64,000 nt of DNA from Strigamia acuminata (Eukaryota): NCBI GenBank assembly GCA_949358305.1, contig OX442314.1:19840001-19904000 (forward strand), in the 5' to 3' direction. This document shows, one piece after another, positions 10,491-20,290 of this stretch. Position 1 is the stretch's first letter, and each line of letters starts with the position of its first letter. The position numbers and the translations under genes are program-made. The notes under the pieces are model-generated. The model ran no database searches and was not told where the DNA came from. It saw only the letters and a program-made list of their open reading frames with translations.

Positions 10491-11179
10491 GGTGCGTTCA
10501 AATTAATTCAGAAAAATCTGCTTAACTGGATAAATTGATAACCTGGTTTTCATTTCCGGGTATGAGTTTTTTTACGTCATATTTTGCTTTCCATTTATTA
10601 TGATTAACTTAAAGCAAGGGTTTGTCCCTAACTTATCTTAAGTAACAATAATGCGATTTGCGCCATGCTCGGTTAAAGTTATTCAGATGTTAGCTGCGCC
10701 CAACCCTATGCATTATAGCAGGGGTCGGGCAAGTAATTTTAAGTGGGGTCCGGATACTATTGAAAATTTTTATCGAGGTCCAGAAAAAAAAACACTTAAA
10801 AACCTTACTAAAAACCTAAGAAAATGGAAAAAAACACTAAAAACCAAATAAACCCCCCAATAAACACACACAGCCCAAAAAATACCAATAAAACCTAAAA
10901 AACATAAAAAAAAACCGGAAAAAAAAAAAAAAACACCGAAAAAACCAAAAAAACCGACGGAAAAACGTCGCTAAAACGTCACCGCAGTCCAAGTTTCGAC
11001 CTTCCGCGGTCCGTATCCGGACTGCGGTCCGCCTGTTCCAGACCGCTGCATTATAGTAATAAAAGTAATTTTTCATTTAGGAGCATTCAATGATAAATCA
11101 CTTATTTCACTTAGTTTAATTTATCTTCTTTTTATTCATTTAAGCAAATAAGTATTTGCTTAACCAATTTAAATGCACC
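10491..11179. mobile_element. Old PIF/Harbinger-like MITE (paralogous copy at 12696-13039)
   Basis: Imperfect TIRs GGTGCGTTCAAATT..AATTTAAATGCACC, flanked by CTA and TAA; present in both duplication units. Confidence 0.55.
10719..11048. mobile_element. hAT (Buster/Charlie-like) MITE, 330 bp
   Basis: 8-bp TSD CATTATAG (10711-10718, 11049-11056; nnnTAnnn pattern), ends CAGGGGTCGG..CCAGACCGCTG, subterminal GCGGTCCG repeats; absent from the paralogous site near 12915. Confidence 0.85.
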
Positions 11180-11411
11180 TAATGAAAAACTAAACCGAGC
11201 ACTTCAATACTTGATCATGTAACTTCATGTTGGTATAAGAAAGAGCTAGTTTTCAAATCTTGCTTCCACCCACAGCCAACTAAGAAGAAGAATTTCTCAG
11301 AAGTATATTATACATCTACAATTTCAGAAGATAAGATAAAAGATGTCAATAAAGTTCATTCACTGCCACCCTGATGTCTCAAACTCTCATTACATTTCAA
11401 TCAAGCAAGCA

Positions 11412-12246
11412 ATGAATTGGATTTGGTTTTTCCTTTGTTTCGCTATTGCACATTCCAAACCAACCGATTTCAAAAAAACGTACCAAATTATATTTCCTGG
11501 AGGAGAAACCTTTTCTTACGCCAAATTATATGGAACAATTGATCGTCCACTAAACGACTTTACATTATGTCACTGGTCAAGAACAAATTCAAAGGAGAAA
11601 GATAGCTTGGGTTATATATTCTCCTATTTCTCGACTCTAACGGACAACTCTATTCTAACTGCTATCATACATAATAAAGAAGGTAATGTAAATATCAATA
11701 GAGCCGGAACGGAAAACAGTCATTTTTATTATTATCTAGTACATTTTTTCTAGTTACATTCAGGCGAGACCAAGGATGGAATTCCGTTCAAATAAACATT
11801 CCCGAAACTGAATGGCTACAAACTTGTAGCACGTGGTCTGTCGTTGGCAACAGTTGGCAGATTTTTGTCAATGGTGAAAGAATTGGTTATGGAAACTGGT
11901 CAAGCAGAAAAATACCAATTCAATCGAATGGTGTAGTCGTTTTAGGGCAAGATCAAGATACAAAAGAGGGAGGATTTGATGTCAAGGGTTCATTTATTGG
12001 ACAAATAAGTGAACTTCATCTGTGGGATTACATTTTAACACCCAGTGAAAGTAAGAAATTATATTGAATAAAGGATATGTTTAAAAATAATTTCAAAAAT
12101 ACCTTTTCACTACAATAGTCATACAAGTCAGCAGATGTAACAACCCAGAAAACGGCAACATTATAGATTGGAATGAAGACTCTTGGGTTCTACACAATGG
12201 CGCTAGAATTTCTCTAGTTCGTTTACCATGCGGCCAACCACAGTAA
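11412..12246 (+). CDS. Short pentraxin gene 3, intact, 231 aa with signal peptide
   Basis: Exons 11412-11682, 11754-12050, 12119-12246 (696 nt, in frame, GT-AG). MNWIWFFLCFAIAHS leader; FTLCHW, WLQTCSTWS, LGQDQDTKEGGFD, ISELHLWD. Confidence 0.92.
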
Positions 12247-12400
12247 ACTTTAATAGTCAAATGGCTCAAACTGTAAACATCTTTTTCTCATAAATTGATA
12301 TCGTAATAAAATCCAAATTTAATTATTATTTCACATTCACAATAATGCACAGTATCTTTTACTTAAACTCAAGTATTTCAGAGGCCAATAAAACAGACTA

Positions 12401-12693
12401 TACTCTTGTTCCAACATAACATTGTCCTATTTCCAGCCTGATCACTGGTGTGGTGGCAAAAAAAAGTAGCCCATAACGCCAGAATTGTTATCCAATTAAG
12501 CAAAACAACCAAATAAATAAATAAATAAACAAATATTTTATTATCAAATAGATAAAATCCATCATTCTAGTCACTTTTTACACTGACATTCATTGAAAAT
12601 GGAACATAACAATTTTTCCGCATAGTAGAGCACAGTCGAAAGTTAGGCGTAATTCGGCTCGCAAATAGGACAACGTTATGTCAGAACAGAGTA
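12401..12693. mobile_element. TA-inserting MITE (TACTCT ends), 293 bp
   Basis: About 31-bp imperfect TIRs; TA at 12399-12400 and 12694-12695; empty paralogous site GACTAGGTGCG at 10486-10496. Confidence 0.88.
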
Positions 12694-13113
12694 TAGGTTC
12701 GTTCAAATTGGTTCAGAAAAATCTGCTTAACTGGATAAGTTGATAACCTCGCTTTCGGGTGTGAGGTTTTTTACGTCATATTTTGCTTAGGTTAGTCCAT
12801 TTATTATGATTAACTTTAAGCAAGGGTTTGTCCTTAACTTATCTTAAGTAACAATAATGCGATTTGCGTCATGCTCGGTTAAAGTTATTCAGATTTTAGC
12901 TGCGCACAAGCCTATGCAATAGTAATAAAAATAATATTTCATTTGTGAGCATTTAATGATAACTCATTTATTTCAGTTATTTATATCCTTTTTATTCATT
13001 TAAGCAAATAAGTATTTGCTTAACCAATTTAAACGCATCTAATGAAAAACTAAACCGAGCACTTCAATATTTCACCATGTAACTTCAGGTTGGTATAACT
13101 TAAGTAAGAGCTA

Positions 13114-13514
13114 TACTCTGGCTCATCATAAGAGTGAAACTATTTCCTATTGGCCGAGCCTGTTTACTCCTAATTGTTGCCTTTATAATACGACCAGGAA
13201 AAGCAATTTTGCTCCGTTTTTTAATTTGTTTGATTATTGTAACAGTTGAAATGATATAAATTGATTTGTTTTTTATAATAAAATGTTTTTAAAAATCTTA
13301 AAACAATGTTTTATGTTTTTCTTAGTTCAAAATACATGTTTGTTCAGTTTATTGGTTGCTTTGTCAAGAAAGCAAGCAATTTTTGAATTTTTTGATTGGT
13401 TGTTTTGTCTGGCAAGCACTCAACATGTATTTTGGCCTATTTTTCTGTATAACTACACCAGTGAAATGGTTTGGCCAATAAGAAAAAGTTGCACTCTTAT
13501 GATGAGCCAGAGTA
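13114..13514. mobile_element. TA-inserting MITE (TACTCTG ends), 401 bp
   Basis: About 42-bp TIRs TACTCTGGCTCATCATAAGAGTG..; TA at 13112-13113 and 13515-13516; empty paralogous site GAGCTAGTTTTCAAATC at 11243-11259. Confidence 0.9.
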
Positions 13515-13574
13515 TAGTTTTCAAATCTTCTTACCACAGCCAACCTTGGACGCCCAAGAGCCAACTAATTTTTC

Positions 13575-14081
13575 ACAAGGAAACTACAGGAGTGTAAATC
13601 CACAATTGTTTAAATTTATAAAAAATAAAGTATTGTTATTATCTAGACAGTCAATACTTTTTTTATTTAGATGCACCTCTCTCTCACATTGTTACAAACA
13701 GTTACAACAAACAGAATTCTTTACTGTGCATTGCAACACTACTTTTTTATTTTTTGAGTAAAAAGGCCAATTTTATCATTCACTTGGTGAATAGGCTGCT
13801 GGACATGTGACATGTGACATCAAGAATAGTAGTTATGATGTCATATGTCACAAGCCCAGCAGCCTATTCACTAAGTGTATAATGATAAAATCGGCCTTTT
13901 AACTCAAACAATAAAAAAGTAGTCTTACAACACACAGTAAAGAATTCTGTGTGTTGTAACTGTTTGTAACAATGTGAGAGAGATGCATTTAAATAAAGCA
14001 TGTATTGACTGTTTAGACAATAAGAATACTTTTTTTTTTAATTTAAACAATTGTGGATTTACACTCCTGCGGTCTCCTTGT
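13575..14081. mobile_element. Foldback element, near-complete palindrome of about 500 bp
   Basis: Arms ACAAGG..CAGGAGTGTAAATCCACAATTGTTTAAAT and its reverse complement pair almost to the centre (about 13830); absent from unit 1 (about 11295). TSD not clear. Confidence 0.82.
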
Positions 14082-14196
14082 AAGAAGTATATTATTCATC
14101 TGCAATTTCAGAAGATAAGATAAGAGATATCAATATAAGTTCCTTCACTGCCACCTTGATGTGTCATACTCTCATTACATTTCAATCAATCAAGCA

Positions 14197-15033
14197 ATGT
14201 ATTGGATTTGGTTTTTCCTGTGTTTTGCTAGTGCACATTCCACACCAACCGATTTCAAAAAAACATACCAAATTATATTTCCTGGAGGTACAACCTTTCC
14301 TTACGCCAAATTATATGGAACAATTGATCGTCCACTAAACGACTTAACATTCTGTCACTGGTCAAGAACAAATTCAAAAGATCATAGCGGGGGTCATATA
14401 TTCTCCTATTTCTCAACTCTAACGGACTACTCTATTCTAAGTTATATCAGCCATAATAAAGCAGGTAATGTAAATATCAATAGAACCAGGACGGAAAACA
14501 GTTATTTTTATTATTATCTAGTACATTTTTTCTAGTTTCATTCAGGCGAGACCATGCAAGTAATACCGTACAAATAAACATTCCCGAAACTGAATGGCTA
14601 CAAACTTGTAGCACGTGGTCTATCGCTGGCAACAGTTGGCAGATTTTTGTCAATGGTGAAAGAATTGGTTATGGAAGCTGGTCAACCAGAAACACACCAA
14701 TTCAATCGAATGGTGTAGTCCTTTTAGGGCAAAATCAACAACATACAAAGGAGGGAGGATTTGATATTAAGGGTTCATTTATTGGACAAATAAGTGAACT
14801 TCATTTGTGGGATTACATTTTAACACCAAGTGAAAGTAAGAAATTATATTGAATAAAAGAAAAATGTTTAAAAATAATTTCAAAAATACCTTTCCACTAC
14901 CACAGTCATACAAGTCAGCAGATGTAACCACTCAGAAAACGGCAACGTTGTAGATTGGAATCAAGACTCTTGGGTTATATACAATGGCGCTAGAATTTCT
15001 CTAGTTCATTTACCATGCGGCCAACCACAGTAA
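14197..15033 (+). CDS. Short pentraxin gene 4, intact, 231 aa with signal peptide
   Basis: Exons 14197-14464, 14536-14835, 14906-15033 (696 nt, in frame). Close paralogue of gene 3, with LGQNQQHTKEGGFD in place of LGQDQDTKEGGFD. Confidence 0.92.
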
Positions 15034-15359
15034 ACTTTAATAGTCAAATGGCTCACACTGTAAACATTTTTTTCTCATAAATTGATATTGTAATAAAATC
15101 CAAATTCAATTATCATTCATTCACAATAATGTACTTGTATTGTGACACCTAGCATGGTCAATACCCCATACGCAGGATGTCCGTCCGGGGATTCGGCCAT
15201 GCAAGTCGCGATCTGTGGGACAACTTACCTAAGGACTCAACCTTGCATTTTGCATTTGCACCAAGAACTGGAAAAACCACAGATAACCCAGTTAGAGGTT
15301 GGTGGCAGATATCATTGCCACAGAAAATAGAAACATTATCTTAATCAGACAAGGATGAG

Positions 15360-15427
15360 AAAAAAACCACTGGGATTCCCAGCAGGTCATCCATCCAATA
15401 CTACCAGACCCAATGCCGCTTAGCATC
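15360..15427 (-). pseudogene. Degenerate 5S rRNA-derived fragment (5S pseudogene or SINE3 head)
   Basis: Minus strand GATGCTAAGCGGCATTGGGTCTGGTAGTATTGGATGGATGACCTGCTGGGAATCCCAGTGG followed by T7 resembles the 3' half of eukaryotic 5S (..GCTAAGCAG..GGTTAGTACTTGGATGGG.GACCGCCTGGGAATACC..). Confidence 0.6.
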
Positions 15428-18400
15428 TATGTAAGAAAACGGGTCATTAATGCATTCATAACATAAAAGCATAAACTTCTTAGAAATTTGGATGGGACGT
15501 ACAAAGAATAAATCGTACAAGGCACTCATAAACCTGATTATATATTTGACAACAGATAAAATCGTACTAAATAACTTTTACAGAAGATAAAATCAATTCT
15601 TAATCTCAACTTCGTGACTCAATTGATCAAAATCTCTATACTTCATTTTATCCATTGCTTTGGGCAAGAACTAATACCAATAACAGCTAACTTATAACAT
15701 ACGTGTCTTATCCTCCACTACACCAATCAAGGTCAACTTTTTTTAACAAAAATAATAAAGAATTAAGTGTAGACCTAAATGCTACCTAGATTATTTAAAA
15801 AGTAATGTGATTGATTGGAATACTGCCATCTGGATAATGTACAATAGAACCATCTGTGCTACAGTATTACGATGTGGTAATGTGGATAGATAAAACATTT
15901 TTTTTAAATTATTCTATCACTTGCATTGTGTTAAGAAAATATTTCTATAGAATGTAGTAAAAGTTTAAATTTTTGAAGGAGGCGAAAAAATTTATTCACT
16001 TTATAAAGCATTTTTAATGCGTTTGGGAAGTTGATAAGCCTAAGATGAAATTTATACAAGCCCCAAAGTGTGTTTATGCATTTCATTTGATTTATGCTTA
16101 AAACAACATACCACCAGATGAAATTACAACGAACCTAATGAAAACCAAATGAATCATGGAAGTACTGTTACAAAATCGAATAAATGAGATGTTCATGCGA
16201 TTAAAATGGGGCGGATGAAAATGAAACGTTGGTTTGTTTAATTAAATTCCATGAAAAGATATTTGATTTACATTTGTTCTCTTCATACTTTTAAACGGGC
16301 AAATTTTCATTTGGCAAACTGTGCTAAGAGGAATCAATCATAGCACAGCGATGATATGCAACATTAGGTCAAAGAATTAGATGAATCTCAATTTATGCAT
16401 CTTTAAAGATGCCTCGATGAGGCAAACCTTGGGCAAAATAAGCCATTAGAAATACTTTTAAATTTATCTAATAATTTTTATAAAATTAAGATAAAAACTA
16501 AACATTTTACAATTTATCTGCTTATCGGATTTATACTTTACAAGTGTGATAAGTACATCAGTTAAAAAAAAAAACTTATATCGTAATTATAATTCCAAAA
16601 GGTCATTACATAGCACGTGCACTGGAACATATGGTTTACGTCTAGGTCAATTTATTGAATATTGTCATGGCAACCACATTCCAGAATAAAGTAAGATCTA
16701 AATTTAAAATTAAAACACTTAGGTTACTTAGCTACACAATGCAAATTACGAAATTTCCCAATTTTGATTTAATAGCTAATAACGACTTCAATTTTAAAAT
16801 AAATTGTACAAAGTTATAATTTTTGCCATTTTTATTCAACAGCTTCATTAATATTTTATTATAACATCAAAATAGTAAAACATTTAAGGTTAATAAAAAT
16901 GTCTCTTTAAAATTCCTATTATTTTTGCTTTAAAGTATAAAAAAAAAAAAGATATATATACGGTACCGTATATTAATATTTTTAATTATGGTAATTGGTT
17001 CTTAGAAACATTGCCATAAAGATAATTTTAACTTTCACTCCGAAACTTCAAATTGCCCTAAACCTACCTTTAACCATATTTCTGATTATATTTTAGTCAC
17101 CCTCCACACATTTAAAAAGGCTAATTGCAAACTCAGACAGTAAAGCCAGTCCTTTAACAAGACCAAACCTTCTTTCCGTCAGCTGTTGAAGTCGTTTACC
17201 ATCACTTTGATGTTGAGGGAGTTTGGGTAGCGTTATTGATTCTACAGACTCCGCGTGGCAAAGGCTTGAAAAGAAAAATTTTAATAACTGCAAACTCGTA
17301 GGTTGTTTATGAAAAGAGAACGTCACTCACACTGACTTTCATTAAGGGCATCTCCTCATTCCACAACGGCACCACAACACCAAACATTGAAGATGCTACA
17401 GCTAATTCCACTGAACTTGTTTCACCATTTCGTTTTACAAGAAAAATTCGAACGCGACGTCACTAGGTGTCGTATTTCAACGCCTTCTGCTGCATGCACA
17501 AAGAATTGGCAGCTTTTTACATTTCCCTTTCTTTTCCGAGCATGCAGGCAAAACCGATTTTTTTCTCAATCAAACACCATTTTTGATGTGACAATTTTTT
17601 TTTACAATTGTTTCAAGCATTTTACCCGAGATTCAATTACAAATGTCTAAACATTCAGCTTATATTTTTAAAAAAAAATTGTGGAAGAGTGTCGGTTAAT
17701 TTACTTAATTTTAATTGGTTTTTTGGATAACAGATACGAAGAATCCTTATAAGCTAAATTATTTAAGGTTTCTGTTTAGATAAGAAAGGCACCTGTTTCA
17801 ACACCAACTGCTAAAAACAATTAAATTTCGATTTCGATTAATCCATGTCGAACTACATTAATAATTAATTACTGACCCCACTTCAAGTGTGATAGAAAAT
17901 CCCAATTACAGACAACTAATTGCGGTAACAGTCTCAACTCTCAATCATTTAACAATTGGTATATAATCCGAGAACTTTCCCGAGCAGATATCCAATCAAA
18001 ACAAAGCCTTCATTCCTATCAACGTTAAATTGAATTAATCGTTATTGCTTGTTTTCTTGTAGCAATTATTTGCTAAAAAAAATATTGATATTCGTTCAGA
18101 AATAAACACAATTGAATAACTTTATAAAATCGAACAGCAATTATTGTCCGTCAATTTTTAATCGTTGTTCGTCAACAATTGCGAAACAATCATAAACATA
18201 ACTGACATTATCATTAAACATTGATACAGATATTAAAGTCCTCATCCTCGTATCATTTCAAACATTTTTCAGTTCACTTAAAAATAAAAATAAAAAATAA
18301 AAAAAAATAAAAAATAAAAAAAAATTAACATCAAAGGAGTAAAATGTTTCAATTTTCAAATGACTCCAAGCAAAGCAACATACCGAAAAATAAAAATAAA

Positions 18401-19575
18401 CAAAAACAAGCTTCTTACATTTTTTGTTATTTCATTATTCAAGATAAACCAGCCTACTATTTTTTTTCCGCTTCGTGTACACGGCTCCTTTAAAAAGACC
18501 AAATTTACAGTACCAAAAACCTTTCTACAAATATCAATTTTTAATATCTTGTAACAGACCTACACAAAACTTTGAAATTTTAAACTCAAGGTTGAGGTAT
18601 AATCCCTTAAAATCTCAAAGTTTGTTTCGCTCTCCAAGTGTCGGAGTGCTTTTGATGCTCGGCTTTACTGCGCGACTCTCATAACGAAGCTTTTCCGGAC
18701 AAATCATTTTGAGCTCATTTTATCATTAGTATTTCCTAATTTTATGAATAATAAATTCCAAGTTATAATCGGCTCAATGAACAATCCAAAAACAAGATAA
18801 ATAAAAAAATAAAAAAATATATTACAAAAAAAAATTATGAAAATTGCTTTGAACCCAATCTTATCTGAAAATTGCTGAGTGCGAAAATTAAGTTAAAGTA
18901 AAGTAGTTCCGTTCATGACGTTCGGTTGAAATTTATTTCTTTTATAAATCACAAATAAAATAAAAGTAATCATAAACCAATTAATTTTAATTATAAAAAA
19001 AACGCTCGGTGAAATTAAATTCCAATAAACTAGAACGTTTTCCTTAAAAAACTCCCGAAAGGAAAATAGTTTGTGTTGAATAGTTGAAAAGCAAGTAATA
19101 AAGAAGTTGAGAGTTGAGTGGTAGTGTAATTAACTAGAAGACCACAAGACGCTCACTAAGTCTGTAAGATGGTCACTTGCAAGTGGACACTCCTCCTAAG
19201 AATCCCCCGGGAATTAAAGTCTTGGCGGAATGTGAGACTGCAGAAGTTTGCACTAATCAACTTTGAGGTAATTTGATGCCATGATGTTCATTACGAAAAA
19301 TCTCATTTCTTAGCTGTTTAATTTAAATTTGAAATTAGCATTTCGCGCTTGATAGTGAATGCAATAATTTTTTTTTTGAAAAAACGTGAGAAAAAAAAAT
19401 CTTAAATGAAACGACACTGAACATTGGTGCAACTAAAATTTGAATTAGTAGAACATTCCAACCACAGCATGTTACTTTGTGTAAAACTATAAATATAAAT
19501 GCAAATTTTTTTGTAAGATTTTTTTTTTGAATTTTAAATAAACGCAGTTTTTTTTTTTATTTTTTTATTGGATAC

Positions 19576-19580
<5 letters not shown>

Positions 19581-19626
<46 letters not shown>
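19581..19626. repeat. (TA)23 microsatellite
   Basis: Direct reading. Confidence 0.95.
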
Positions 19627-19630
<4 letters not shown>

Positions 19631-19966
19631 ATACATGCTTAAAAAATGCTACTTAGAGGAATCGAGACCCTTTTATAATGCATTCCGCTGTTTGCTGCAG
19701 ACCCTGCAGACATAAATGAGTTGAAAGGGCTCTCTGCAAAAGATGAAACCTGATGATGTTGACAGATAAGGTCAAAAAGCTGTTTATAAATTTATAAAAT
19801 TAAAGAATAAACGCGCTCTTTATTCCTTAATTTTTAATGCCAAAGACTAAAACATATAAATGTGATTAATTGAAATTCAGTTTTGGCCATTTGTAAAATA
19901 AATTCAAGCAAATTAATAAACAATTTAATCGCAAAATTCTTCAATCTAGCCACTTTAGTTGCCAAC

Positions 19967-20290
19967 TAGGCCTGTGCGATTATTTTTCAAAATGAATGCG
20001 AATGCCATATGGTTGCAATATATCGCTTAGATTAAGCGGTGTAATCGCAAAATATCGCAAGATCGTAGCATATCGCAAAATCGCAACATTGCACTAGAAA
20101 AACAGCTGCATTGATTTTAGGTGCTCATAGTTTTTTTTAAAAAAAATTTAACACAAACACCTAAAACACTTGAAACAAGACTCTTGAGTTGTTGGACGAA
20201 TGTTTATGGTTTAAAAAAATCCTTAACCGCTCCCAACTCTACACAAAATCAATGACTTCCCATCACAATCACAATCGTGTTGCAGATTCC
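19967..20290. mobile_element. Possible decayed hAT-type MITE end
   Basis: TAGGCCTGTGCGAT start followed by clustered ATCGCA motifs; right end and TSD not resolved. Confidence 0.3.

Larger units (their letters stand above)
10433..15131 (+). repeat. Tandem duplication containing pentraxin genes 3 and 4
   Basis: Unit 1 10433-12342 and unit 2 12343-15131 align in upstream, exon, intron and 3' sequence apart from MITE insertions; TAATG occurs at the start, junction and end. Confidence 0.88.

Noticed and set aside
11343..11753. 136-aa single-exon ORF (and the similar one at 14161-14535)
   Set aside because: Exon 1 read through into intron 1; the upstream ATG at 11343 is not conserved in gene 4 and the signal peptide starts at 11412.
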